From assembly GCA_002733355.1 (NCBI GenBank), contig NVVN01000005.1, positions 66,104 through 109,597 on the forward strand: a DNA stretch of 43,494 bases, given 5' to 3'. A model generated the notes under the pieces. It was not told the origin of the DNA, ran no database searches, and worked only from the letters and a program-made list of their open reading frames with translations. This DNA is from Sulfurovum sp. GTDB lineage: Bacteria; Campylobacterota; Campylobacteria; Campylobacterales; Sulfurovaceae. Below are positions 7,572 to 18,200 of this stretch, piece after piece. Within the stretch, counting starts at the first letter, position 1, and each line of letters starts with the position of its first letter. Position numbers and translations under genes: made by a program.

Positions 7572-10500
7572 TTACTCTATTTCTTCTTCTTCAAAATCAC
7601 TCTTTTTTGAGAACTTTAGATAGAGTATAGGAAGAATGATAAGTGTGAGTAGTGTTGAACTTACAAGACCATTTATTACCACAATAGCCAGTGGCCGTTG
7701 TATCTCGGAACCGGGTCCTGTGGCAAAAAGAAGAGGCAAGAGTCCAAAAGCTGCGATACTAGCTGTCATAAGTACGGGTCTTAGTCTTTTAATTGCTCCC
7801 TCCATTACAGCCTCTTTAATGGAAATACCATTTTTTACAAGATAGTTGAAGTAGTTGACCAACACCACCCCATTAAGCACAGCTATACCAAGCAATGCGA
7901 TGAAGCCTACGGAAGCGGGAACTGACATATATTCACCACTAACATATAATCCTATAAACCCACCAATGAGAGCCAAGGGCACGTTAATAAGCACAATAAT
8001 AGCTTGTTTAAGTGAACCAAACGAAACAAATAATAAGATAAAGACCAACAAAAGTGCTAAAGGTACAATGATAGCAAGTCTATCTGCAGCACGTTGCTGA
8101 TTTTCAAATTCTCCACCAAATGTGAGGTAGTAACCTGCGGGAAGTTTTACCTCTTTTTCTATTTTGGCTTTAGCTTCTTCAACAAAACTAACAAGATCAC
8201 GTCCTTCTACATTGGTTTGTACAATAGTTTTTCTATATCCATGTTCATGTACTATCTGCACTGGTCCTGCACTGGATACAAATTTTACAAGCGTGCTTAA
8301 AGGGACAAATTTCCCATTTTTCAGAGGATAATAAAGTTTTTTTAACTTACTTATAGAGTTTTGTAGACTTGCATCTCCTTTGACCATAAGATTGATCCGT
8401 CTCATACCTTCTTGTATAATCCCAACCTGTACACCTGTAACCATGACTTTTAAAAAGTCATTTATTTCTTGTTGATCTATGTCATGGTATGCCATAGCTT
8501 TTTTATCAAAGCTCAGTTCTAAATACTCTACACCTTCGTTGGCTTTTTTATAGACATCTGAACTACCTGGTATAATTTCTAATATATCTTTGATTGTAAC
8601 GGCTATTTTTTCAAGTTCATCATTGTCACTACCAAAAATATCTATAGCCAAGTCACCCCGTACACCTGTGAGCATCTCAGACACTCTCATCTCTATAGGT
8701 TGAGTAAACCCATACTCTATTCCTACAAACTCATCAAATACTTTACGTATTTCATTAATCACAAACTCTTTCGAAGGCTCTCTCCACTGACTTTTATCTT
8801 TGAGTACCAAGAAAGTATCTGTGTCATTAAGTCCCATTGGGTCAAGTCCTAGTTCATCACTTCCTGTCCTGGCTATAATATCTTTAATTTCAGGTACAGA
8901 TGCTATGAGTTTTTGTTGTACTTTGAGGTTAAGTGCCAAACTTTCTTTAAGTGAAATAGATGGCAACATCTCTACTCCTATAATAATACTTCCCTCATCC
9001 ATAGTTGGCATAAATGACTTTCCTGTTTTAGATGCCATAAAGAGTGAAGCAGCAAAAAGTATGAGAACAACAGTAATAGTGGTTTTCCAGTGTTTTATAC
9101 AGGTAACTAAGATAGGTCTATACCTTTTAGTAAGTACCCTGATGAGCCATGACTCTTTGTCTGGTCTTTTACTCAGGATAAATGAACTAAGCACTGGTAT
9201 CAGTGTCAGTGCTAGTACTAACGATGAAAAAAGTGCAAAAATAATACTTAGTGCCACAGGTCTAAAAAGTTTTCCTTCAAGTCCTTCAAGTGTAAGTAAT
9301 GGCATAAAAACAATGATAATAATAAGAACACCCGTGATGATAGACGGTGCCATCTCAACTGTTGCCTCATATATGATGTGCAGTTTATTTACATTTTTGT
9401 GTTTTTCATTTCCCAATTCTGCTGTAATATGTTCCACTACCACTACAGCAGAATCGACAAGTATACCTATGGCAATAGCAAGTCCACCTAAGCTCATTAG
9501 GTTAGCTGTGAGTCCGAAATATTGCATAGCTATAAAACTCATTAGAAGTGCAAAAGGCAAGATAAGTGCTACTGAAAGTGCAGAAGCTAAATTGCCAAGC
9601 ATCACAAGTAATATTATCATGATGAGAACTATGGCTTCATAAAGTGCATTTTTAACAGTACTTGTAGCAAGGTTTACGAGGTCTGAACGATCATAAAATA
9701 TATCTATTTTAGTGCCTTCTGGGAGCATAGGCTCTAGTTTAGCTAGCTCTACTTTAACCTGTGCTAGTACTTTTTCAGTATTACTCCCTTTAAGTCCAAG
9801 AACCAATCCTTGCACAGCTTCACCTTTACCATTTTTACTTACAAAGCCTGCACGTGTCAAATACCCAAATTTAACAGTAGCTATGTCTCTAATAGTGATG
9901 ATTTTATCACCACGTTTTGTTACTGGAAGCGCTTTTATTTCATCTAATGAATTGAGTTTACCCACTGACCGTACTAAGATGCTTTCTACACCTTGAGAGA
10001 CACGTCCTGCACCATCATTTTGATTGTTGTTTTCTAAACTAGTAAAGATATCCTCTAAGCTGACACCCATCGCACGCATCTTATTAAGATCAGGCATTAC
10101 TTCATAGGTTTTGACTTTCCCCCCAAGTGCATTCACTTCTGCAACACCGGATACAGAACGAATTTTAGGTGAAATGATCCAATCAAGCAATGAACGTTTC
10201 TCTTCCAAAGAAAGAGTATCTGATTCTATAGTAAACATCAAAATATCACTAAGCGGTGTAGAAATAGGGGCAAGTCCACCCTCCATATTTTTTGGAAGTT
10301 CTCCTCTAATATCAGTAAGACGTTCAGTGACTTGCTGTCTTGCCCAGTAAATATCCGTACCATCTTCAAAGTCAATGGTAATATCACAAAGCCCATACTT
10401 CGCTATACTCCGCATCATTTTTTCATGAGGGATACCTAACATTTTCATCTCTATAGGTGTAACAATACGAGATTCTATCTCCGCAGGTGTCATTCCACTT

Positions 10501-10655
10501 GACTTGATGATTATCTTAACTTGAGTAGGTGAGATATCTGGAAAAGCATCCACAGGTAATTCTTGATAGGCTTTTATACCAAACCCAAGTATAACCAAAG
10601 CAAGTAATGATAGAAATAACCTTTGTGCAAGGGCAAATCCTATAATTTTATTCAT
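7572..10655 (-). CDS. CusA/CzcA family heavy-metal efflux RND permease (system 1)
   Basis: PVDAFPDI, AIAIGILVDSAVVVVE, VLNGVVL and RLRPVLMTA motifs; ~1027 aa; ATG 10655 with SD AGGTG overlaps the adaptor stop. Confidence 0.95.
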   Translation of the reverse strand: MNKIIGFALAQRLFLSLLALVILGFGIKAYQELPVDAFPDISPTQVKIIIKSSGMTPAEIESRIVTPIEMKMLGIPHEKMMRSIAKYGLCDITIDFEDGTDIYWARQQVTERLTDIRGELPKNMEGGLAPISTPLSDILMFTIESDTLSLEEKRSLLDWIISPKIRSVSGVAEVNALGGKVKTYEVMPDLNKMRAMGVSLEDIFTSLENNNQNDGAGRVSQGVESILVRSVGKLNSLDEIKALPVTKRGDKIITIRDIATVKFGYLTRAGFVSKNGKGEAVQGLVLGLKGSNTEKVLAQVKVELAKLEPMLPEGTKIDIFYDRSDLVNLATSTVKNALYEAIVLIMIILLVMLGNLASALSVALILPFALLMSFIAMQYFGLTANLMSLGGLAIAIGILVDSAVVVVEHITAELGNEKHKNVNKLHIIYEATVEMAPSIITGVLIIIIVFMPLLTLEGLEGKLFRPVALSIIFALFSSLVLALTLIPVLSSFILSKRPDKESWLIRVLTKRYRPILVTCIKHWKTTITVVLILFAASLFMASKTGKSFMPTMDEGSIIIGVEMLPSISLKESLALNLKVQQKLIASVPEIKDIIARTGSDELGLDPMGLNDTDTFLVLKDKSQWREPSKEFVINEIRKVFDEFVGIEYGFTQPIEMRVSEMLTGVRGDLAIDIFGSDNDELEKIAVTIKDILEIIPGSSDVYKKANEGVEYLELSFDKKAMAYHDIDQQEINDFLKVMVTGVQVGIIQEGMRRINLMVKGDASLQNSISKLKKLYYPLKNGKFVPLSTLVKFVSSAGPVQIVHEHGYRKTIVQTNVEGRDLVSFVEEAKAKIEKEVKLPAGYYLTFGGEFENQQRAADRLAIIVPLALLLVFILLFVSFGSLKQAIIVLINVPLALIGGFIGLYVSGEYMSVPASVGFIALLGIAVLNGVVLVNYFNYLVKNGISIKEAVMEGAIKRLRPVLMTASIAAFGLLPLLFATGPGSEIQRPLAIVVINGLVSSTLLTLIILPILYLKFSKKSDFEEEEIE

Positions 10656-11721
10656 TACTTTCACCTAATATATTTTTTAAAATAGCCACAGAGGAACTTG
10701 CAATAGTCCCACTTATATGAGGGTTTATTTTGATGTAATAGGCTTCATTATCTTCTGCAAGAATTTCTATGGGAACATCAAGATAGCCTTTGCTATTTTT
10801 AACAAAAATAATTTGTCGCTCCCCGTCTTTTATAACAGAATTTTTACTCACTTTCATACTCTTTGAAGTTATAGAAATGTGTGCATTCTCCCGTAATCCT
10901 GCAACGATATTTACTTCTTTTGGTATAATGAATCGGACTTGTCTGGTTTGGTTTTCTCGGTTAATTACTGGAGAAATTTGTAAGATATTACTCTCAAAAG
11001 TTTTGCCATACATTTTGATGGTTACAGCTTGCCCCTCTTTAAGATTTTTTGTACGCTTAGCTTCTATGTTAGTTTCCAGCCAGAGCTTACCTTTTTTTTG
11101 TATGACAAAGAGTGCACCACCTACAGTTGTACTTTTCCCTGGTGATGCATGAAGAATAATAATTCTGCCTTCTACATCACTTTTTACATCAAGAGTAGGG
11201 CTAAGTATAAGTTGATTAAAAAGTGTATCTATCATGGTATCACTTGCTCCATAACTCTTAAGTAGTGCCTTCGAGGCGACTACTCTTATCTTGTCTGTTC
11301 TAAGTTCTGCATTGGCAGCAATACACTCCTTTTTAGGAATAATTTCTTCTTTACAAAGTATGTTTTTACGTTCAGTAAGATGAGAATGATGTTTAAACTC
11401 TATCGCTTCTGAAATGGCTTTTTGCTGTATAGCTATCCACTCTGTTCCTGTAACGTTTGCAAGTATATCACCCTTGTGTACCATTTGATACTGGGCAACA
11501 TTAAGGGTTTTTACATTGGCTTCAAAAGGAAGTGAAATAGTATGAAGTAGTGTAGGTGGGGTCACTACTTCTGCTACAAAATCACCCAAAGGAAGTTGCT
11601 CAAAGAGCTTAGGCTTTTCTAATGTAATTTGCCAATTTTTTTCTTGTTCTTCACTCAATATAATCTCTCCAGAATGAGAAAAGGTTAAGAGTATACTGAG
11701 CATCATAATATGTTTTTTCAT
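10648..11721 (-). CDS. RND periplasmic adaptor (CzcB/CusB-like), system 1
   Basis: Signal peptide, barrel-sandwich hybrid motifs (V.KGD.LA; VKSDVEGRI), located between TolC and RND pump; start ATG 11721 with SD AGGA. Confidence 0.9.
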   Translation of the reverse strand: MKKHIMMLSILLTFSHSGEIILSEEQEKNWQITLEKPKLFEQLPLGDFVAEVVTPPTLLHTISLPFEANVKTLNVAQYQMVHKGDILANVTGTEWIAIQQKAISEAIEFKHHSHLTERKNILCKEEIIPKKECIAANAELRTDKIRVVASKALLKSYGASDTMIDTLFNQLILSPTLDVKSDVEGRIIILHASPGKSTTVGGALFVIQKKGKLWLETNIEAKRTKNLKEGQAVTIKMYGKTFESNILQISPVINRENQTRQVRFIIPKEVNIVAGLRENAHISITSKSMKVSKNSVIKDGERQIIFVKNSKGYLDVPIEILAEDNEAYYIKINPHISGTIASSSVAILKNILGESNE

Positions 11722-11725
11722 TGTT

Positions 11726-12919
11726 TTAGTCCTTTTTTTCACTCAAACTGTAGAGTCTAAAGAGTGTATTGTAATATGCTTTTTTATGTGTATGAAGTTC
11801 TTGGCTTAGTGTATAAAGTTGTTGACGGTTCAGTAAGTACTCAATAACAGAGGTTTCACCTAAACTATAGCTTTTTTTGATAAGTGGTAATAACTTTTTT
11901 TTGTAATTCCTGTAGTTTTTTGAAAGACTTTGTATTATCAAGGCTTGACTGTAAAGTTGCGCTTTAAATTCTTTCAGTAAAGATGTTTTTTCTAGCATTG
12001 CTTGTTCAAATCCATATTCAATAGCAGATGCCTTATGCATAGCTGCAGCACGTGCATGTTCATTACGTTCAGAGGTGAAATTAAGTGGTAAAGATATACC
12101 TATAGTGTATCTGTCTACATCCAACTCTTTTCCGTACTGACCATTAATAGTAACCGACTCTAATGCATTGTCGTAACGTATTAAGCTCTTTTTAGCACTC
12201 TGAAGACGCTTTTCTTTGGCTTCTTTTGAAAGTGAAAAAGAATGATCAAGTTTTATTTTACTACGGATAGGATAGACATCTTTACAAGAAAGATTTGTAT
12301 TATTTCCGTATCCTATACGGCTAAGCATCAAAATCTTCTGTTTAGAAATGTCTTGCATCATTTTCATCTTTTTTACTTGAGCAAGAAGTCTGTTTTTTTC
12401 ATTTTCAAGTTGCATAAGTTCTACTTTTGAAACCTCTTGGTATTTATAAGCTTTTTCTTTCTTTTTGTAGAGTATAAGCAAGTCATTGTAGCTTTGTTTT
12501 ATATTTCTATAGTTTTGTACATCCAGACAGTGTGTATGATAGAGATTTTTTAATCCATTTCTAAAATCAATTAAAACTTTTTCACTCTCTATACGTGAAG
12601 CTTCTGTTTGAAGATTGGCTATAGTACGTTCTTGGCTTTGAATATTTCCAAGTTTTATATTCTTTGAAATGCCTATGGCATATTCATATCCATCTGTTCC
12701 AAATTTTGGTCTGGCTCTGCTACCTTCAAGATAAAGTCCAAATGGGTTATCGGATGTATCAGATAGGCTTTGAGCTCTCATCGCTAAAGCTTGTTGATCA
12801 AATGATTTTGACATTACATTATGCTCGTCAGCAGAAAGCAGTAGTTTATGAAGCGTAAGTGTTGAAGCATAGGTAAAATTAAGACTTAAACCTATTAGTA
12901 TCCAAAATAGGATTTTCAT
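11726..12919 (-). CDS. TolC/CzcC family outer-membrane efflux protein, system 1
   Basis: Signal peptide, coiled-coil repeats, IGISLPL and SYSLGETSVIEYL OMF motifs. Confidence 0.9.
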   Translation of the reverse strand: MKILFWILIGLSLNFTYASTLTLHKLLLSADEHNVMSKSFDQQALAMRAQSLSDTSDNPFGLYLEGSRARPKFGTDGYEYAIGISKNIKLGNIQSQERTIANLQTEASRIESEKVLIDFRNGLKNLYHTHCLDVQNYRNIKQSYNDLLILYKKKEKAYKYQEVSKVELMQLENEKNRLLAQVKKMKMMQDISKQKILMLSRIGYGNNTNLSCKDVYPIRSKIKLDHSFSLSKEAKEKRLQSAKKSLIRYDNALESVTINGQYGKELDVDRYTIGISLPLNFTSERNEHARAAAMHKASAIEYGFEQAMLEKTSLLKEFKAQLYSQALIIQSLSKNYRNYKKKLLPLIKKSYSLGETSVIEYLLNRQQLYTLSQELHTHKKAYYNTLFRLYSLSEKKD

Positions 12920-12922
12920 ATG

Positions 12923-12973
12923 TAACCTTTATTATAAAATTTTAAGTGTATTAGGGTGTAAAAATAAAGGTTA
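12923..12973 (-). promoter_or_regulatory. 11-bp RNA stem pairing the leader-ORF stop region with the tolC SD
   Basis: mRNA UAACCUUUAUU (12973-12963) is the exact reverse complement of AAUAAAGGUUA (12933-12923), which contains the tolC SD AAAGG. Confidence 0.75.
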
Positions 12974-13273
12974 AGCTATAGGGGGTTTGATACTTGTTTT
13001 TTGAAAAGGAGGGGTATAAAAAGTCTTTTGATGAAGTACTTTACTTTTGAGAGTAGGAGTTGAGAGAGATAAATAAGTCTTTTCTATAATTGCCATAAAA
13101 TGAAATATGTGGTGATAGTCACAAATATCGCTAGATTGTGAAAATGAAATTTGTTCTTGTACATAAGTATGTATGGAGGTACTAGTATCCATTTCTTCTG
13201 CAAGTACAGTATCATGTACTATATGAAAAAAGAGTGTAAACAATAGTAAAAACTGTAAGAGTTTCTTTTTCAA
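12971..13273 (-). CDS. CzcI/DUF2946-like small leader protein, copy 1 (100 aa)
   Basis: TTG start with SD AAAGG; hydrophobic N-terminus, DICDYHHIFHFMAI, C-terminal YTPPFQKTSIKPPIA; clear paralog of 20749-21054. Confidence 0.8.
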   Translation of the reverse strand: MKKKLLQFLLLFTLFFHIVHDTVLAEEMDTSTSIHTYVQEQISFSQSSDICDYHHIFHFMAIIEKTYLSLSTPTLKSKVLHQKTFYTPPFQKTSIKPPIA

Positions 13274-13508
13274 CACCGTACCTTTATACATTTTGTGTAG
13301 TGTATCTAAAAATAGTTAACAACTAAAAGAAATCTTTTATCTAGTAGAGTTAAATATTTATTTCTTCTTCTACTCACATATACCAACAAAATAGAATCAT
13401 TTTGGAGTTATGCTAAAATAGGATTAGTTTAGTTTTATAGTACGTGTAAAAATTTTTAACCAATATCTACAATCCAATGCTAAACATCATAGATAAGGTT
13501 TTAATAAA

Positions 13509-14405
13509 ATGGAAAATTATATAGAGTTAATTCAAAATCTCGTAAATAAAATTGAGGAAGATGTAGCATTTGACGTGAGTATAGCTTTGCTTGCAAAAGA
13601 GTTCCATCTTTCTCCTTGGCATTTTCAGCGTATGTTTAAAAGTATTGTGGGTGATTCTTTAGGTGCTTATATACGAGGTCGTAGGCTTACAAAGGCATCC
13701 AAGTTATTGCTAAATAGCCAAGATACAATTATCCAAATTGCTTTTGATGTAGGGTTTAGTTCACATGAAGCATTTACCCGATCATTTAAAGCCTATTTCT
13801 CATTTTCACCAAAAGAATTTCGGAAAGTAAAACCTAAAGTTATTTTGAATGAAAAGCCTTTATTAACACAAGATTTATTAGAGCATATTAGCCATGGCAT
13901 GAACCAAGAACCTACTATTATTACACTACCAGAACGTATACTAGTTGGGGTAAAAACACATATACCTTCGCCATTTGTTACAACGCAACATACTTGTGAT
14001 TTTGTATATAAGTCGTGGATGACATTATTTGAAAAACAAGTACATTTAAAACATAAAGTTGAGAAAAATTATTTTGGATTAACCATAAGCCCTTCAGGTA
14101 ATTTTACTGAAGAAAAATTAGACTATATCGCAGGTATACAGGTGGTCAATAAAAGTGAAATTCCTGAAGATATGGTACAGTATATTTTACCAAAAACGCA
14201 AGTAGCTATCTTTAGTATCAAAAGTGATTTAGATAGTGACTTGGTTAAGAAAACAATAGACTATATTTATGGGTATTGGTTACTAAATAGTGAATATACT
14301 CGAGGTATTGGTGATGACTACGAGTACTTTGAAGATGTAGTTAGTTTTATGGAACCCACCTTCAAATCATTTTATGTGTTACCTGTAGTAAAAAAAACTA
14401 GTTAG
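13509..14405 (+). CDS. AraC family (Rob-like) transcriptional regulator with C-terminal GyrI-like effector domain
   Basis: SPWHFQRMFK...GAYIRGRRLTKA...IAFDVGFSSHEAFTRSFK dual HTH; GyrI-like domain ending YIYGYWL...RG.GDDYEYF. Confidence 0.9.
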   Translation: MENYIELIQNLVNKIEEDVAFDVSIALLAKEFHLSPWHFQRMFKSIVGDSLGAYIRGRRLTKASKLLLNSQDTIIQIAFDVGFSSHEAFTRSFKAYFSFSPKEFRKVKPKVILNEKPLLTQDLLEHISHGMNQEPTIITLPERILVGVKTHIPSPFVTTQHTCDFVYKSWMTLFEKQVHLKHKVEKNYFGLTISPSGNFTEEKLDYIAGIQVVNKSEIPEDMVQYILPKTQVAIFSIKSDLDSDLVKKTIDYIYGYWLLNSEYTRGIGDDYEYFEDVVSFMEPTFKSFYVLPVVKKTS

Positions 14406-15102
14406 CATTTACCTTTTCCCATGCATCTTGATTAATACCTTTAAATAAAAACCAAAATACTAATGATAGTTCAGCCGGAATGGTTAGTAAAACAATAGTA
14501 TTTAATATATCTGCATAGTGTGGTAGCAAGAATAATCCCATACTATTTATAAAATATCCTGCACTTGCAAAGAAAAAAAGTGCAGCAAATATTTTTGGTA
14601 CAAAGTTTGAAGTACAGATGAGTCGTGACATAATGAATAGATGCAATGCGAAGAATAGTCCCCAAATGAGTGATCCATACCCATAGGCTTGTAGAAATAT
14701 ATAAGCTAAGGCTTCTTGTTGCTGGAGTGTGAAGTGAGTTAAGTAACTAGCTCCACTTAGTAATTCAAGTACTATAAGTTTGTTTAAAATATTTATACCG
14801 ATAAGTGCCGTCATCGCAAAACGTGCGGCAGCTGCTATTTGAGCCTGTGTTTTGTTTACAGGTTTAAATAGTTTATATAAAAGTACAGTAACGATAATCT
14901 CACTTAACAAGAGCAAGCCATCAGCTACTATCCCTAACCTAAAGGTAAAGATATCGCTTAGAATGTTGGTTGTTGTTGCATGTATATCATTTGAAACGAC
15001 TAAAGCTTCAAAGCCCACAAAAAATGCAAATCCTCCACATAATGCTATAAAAAGGTACAGTAGAGCAATGCTTTTGACAGTTGTTTGTATATTTGATTTC
15101 AT
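14398..15102 (-). CDS. DUF4386-like polytopic membrane protein
   Basis: About six TM helices; FRLGIVAD, LYKLFKPVNK, FFALHL, PAELSLVFWFLFKG pattern recalled for DUF4386. Confidence 0.7.
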   Translation of the reverse strand: MKSNIQTTVKSIALLYLFIALCGGFAFFVGFEALVVSNDIHATTTNILSDIFTFRLGIVADGLLLLSEIIVTVLLYKLFKPVNKTQAQIAAAARFAMTALIGINILNKLIVLELLSGASYLTHFTLQQQEALAYIFLQAYGYGSLIWGLFFALHLFIMSRLICTSNFVPKIFAALFFFASAGYFINSMGLFLLPHYADILNTIVLLTIPAELSLVFWFLFKGINQDAWEKVNAN

Positions 15103-15125
15103 ATATAATCCTTATATTTTATGTT

Positions 15126-15169
15126 AGTTTAGCAGGTATAAGCATTGTATATTTGATAGTTTGTGCTAT
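15126..15169 (-). promoter_or_regulatory. Mar/Sox/Rob box with class II promoter geometry upstream of the DUF4386 gene
   Basis: ATAGCACAAACTATCAAAT (15169-15151) matches AYNGCACNNWNNRYYAAAY at all specified positions; 19 nt downstream is TAAACT (15131-15126), preceded by TGC. Confidence 0.7.
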
Positions 15170-15257
15170 GTAGATAATGCCCTGTACTGTGCAATTATCA
15201 TATAATCTTGTATGGTAGCTACATAAGTGTAATGTAACTATCATTGAAATATTGAAT

Positions 15258-18200
15258 TTACTCCTTCTTGCTAAAAAACAAAACATACAGGCCAGGTAAA
15301 ACCAAGAGCGTGAGTATGGTTGAGGAGATGATACCACCAGTTACTACTACTGAAAGTGGGTATTGAATCTCAGAACCAACGCCACTTGCAAAGAGTAGAG
15401 GCAAAATACCAAAAAGCGTGGTAAAAGCTGTCATCAGTACAGGTCTAAGGCGTAGTAGCGTAGCATCTTTTACGAGAACTACGGTTTTCACTGTAGGGAA
15501 TTTTTTTCTCAACTCATCTATAAATGAAACCAAAACTATGCCATTGAGTATGGCAATGGCAAAGATGGCTATGAATCCAACAATCGCTGAGACTGAGAGG
15601 TAGATATCTGCTACCAAAAGTGCGACTATCCCCCCCATAAGTCCTAAAGGAACACCCAGTAAGATGAGGAATGCCTTTTTAAATGAGTTAAATGCTGTGT
15701 AGAGTAGTAGCAAGATAAGTAACAGTGTAATAGGAATAATCATAACAAGTGTTTCTGTAGCCTCTTGCATATTTTTAAAATCACCAGCCCACGTGAAGTA
15801 GTAACCATCGGGTATTTTTACATTTTTACGTATTTTTTCATCTGCTTCTTCTACAAAAGTAGCAATGTCACGTCCTTCAACTTCCATAGAGAGTACCATA
15901 TAACGACTCAAGTTTGCACGCTTAATGAATGCAGGACCTTGTATAGTACTTATATCACATACTTCATCTAGTGAGACCACTTTTCCTGAGCTTGAGCGTA
16001 GAATGAGAGACTTTAGTGTATTTATATCTTGTTTTGCATTTGCTAATTTAGCAACAATCCCAAAACGCTTGACGCCTTCTATCTTTTGGGTGACTGCTTC
16101 CTCACCTATGCCATAACGAATGACTTGCATTATATCTTCAACCGTCAAACCATAACGAGAGAGTGCTAAATAGTTTGGTTTGATGTTGATTTGTGCTTGT
16201 CCAAGTTGTGTTTCTACCTCTGCGTGAGAAAGTCCTTCAATGCCTTGTACTGTAGCAGAAATACCTGTGGCTATCTCAGACATAACTTTCTGATCTTCAC
16301 CATATATTTTAACGGCAAGTTCAGCTGATACACCTTCTAGCAACTCTTCTATACGCATGGCTATAGGTTGCGTAGAAATGAACTGTAGGTAGTTAAACTT
16401 CTCTTTTAGTTTTGCTGTCATCTCTTTATCTAAACGAGGAATTTCAGTAAATTCTGGGTTTAGGGTAAGGAGAACTTCCATATAATTAGCTTGAGCTGTC
16501 TCACCTTTTTCACTACGTCCTATCATGGAGAGTACAGAAAGTACTTCATCTGGGTAAGTTTTGAGTAAAAAGTTTTCTATGGCTTGGGCATTCTCTACAT
16601 TTTGTGTAAGTGCCGTCCCCGGAATGGCAATAACTCGATACATAATCGTTTCTTCATTAAGTTTAGGCATAAACTCTCTACCTTGTTGACTAAGTAATCC
16701 TGCTAAAAGAAAAAATATTAAAAAAGTCACAGCCACAAGTTTTTTAGCATGTTTCAGTGAGAAAATAAGCATAGGTGTATAAAAAGTCTTAATCGCAGTC
16801 ATGAGTGGGCTGGTCATTGTAGCCGGTTTAAGCAACATAAACGAAAGCACAGGCACAAGTAAAAGAGCTACAGCCAAAGAACCAAGCATTACAAAGACAA
16901 TGTCTAGTGCCATAGGTGTGTAGAGTTTTCCAGCAAGTCCTTCAAGACTAAGAAGTGGTATGAATACTGTAGCAATGATAAGTAGGGCAAAGAGTACAGG
17001 TTTTGCTACTTCTGCTGTAGCATCCGAGATAACTTCAGAACGTGATGCTTCAGGATTTTCCTGCAGTAATCTAAATGAGTTTTCTACCACAACGATGGTA
17101 CCATCGACTATCATTCCTATGGCTATGGCGAGTCCGGAAAGAGACATAAGGTTAGCCGATATACCATACTCTTGCATAAGTAAAAATGCGATAAGCAAAG
17201 ATACGGGTAACGAAAGTATCACGATAAATGCTGAACGTAACTCAAAGAGAAACAAAAAGAGGACAATTGCTACAAGTATAGACCCTGTAGTTAAGGCAGA
17301 GGTCATGGTACTCACTGCTTTATGCGTGATTTCTGTTCGGTCATAAATAATGTCTAAACTTACCCCTTTAGGGAGTGAAGCATTCACTAGAGGCATTTTA
17401 GCTTTAATAAGCTCGACAACCTTTGCAGCATTCGTACCTGAACGCTGGAGTACCATACCAAATACTCGTTCCTTACCATCGACTGAGACTGCACCAAAAC
17501 GTGGTGCTTTCCCCTCTTGTACTGTTGCTACGTCGTTAATCGTTACGGCTTTGGCATTTTTTGTTCTTATTACGGTATTACGTATATCATCCATATCTTT
17601 ATAGAGTCCTGCTCCACGTATAAGATACTGTTCACGGTTAAACTCTAAGTATTGGCCACCTACAGACTGATTGGATCTTTCTAAGGCTAGAATAATTTCA
17701 TTGTAAGTTACATCAACATTTTGTAGACGTTTAGAGTCTATGAGTACTTCATATTGCTTCTCATAGCCTCCCCAAGAGATGACCTCTTCTACACCATCTA
17801 CAGACTTGAGTAGCGGGGTAACTGTATACTCATGCATTTGGCGAAGCGCACTTGGAGTATATTTTTTATTTTCATCTTTGAGTGCATACCAAAGTACTTG
17901 CCCAAGACCTGTCGTGTTAGGACCCATGACAGGTACGCCCCATCCTTTAGGGATATCAACTGTATTCAGTCTTTCAGTCACTAACTGACGAAGCAGGTAT
18001 GTATCATACTCATCTTCAAAAAATATAGAGACATAGGATAATCCAAAGATAGAGTTTGAGAGTATCATTTTAACACCGGGTAGTCCAGACATCGCAGCTT
18101 CTATAGGGTAGGTGATAAGTTTTTCGATGTCTTCTGCAGAGTTACCTGAGCTCTCTGTATAGATAACCACTTGTTTAGGCGTGATATCTGGAAAAGCATC

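Noticed and set aside
7636-10350. Series of plus-strand ORFs (up to 280 aa) opposite czcA1, with similar sets opposite czcA2, the ATPase and ppsA
   Set aside because: Typical antisense open frames of long, codon-biased genes; Ser/Ile/Thr-rich with no motifs or RBS.
6472-13374. GAGTAGAAGAAG 12-mer in two intergenic regions (6472-6483, and inverted at 13363-13374)
   Set aside because: Low-complexity purine run; length is within chance expectation for this window.
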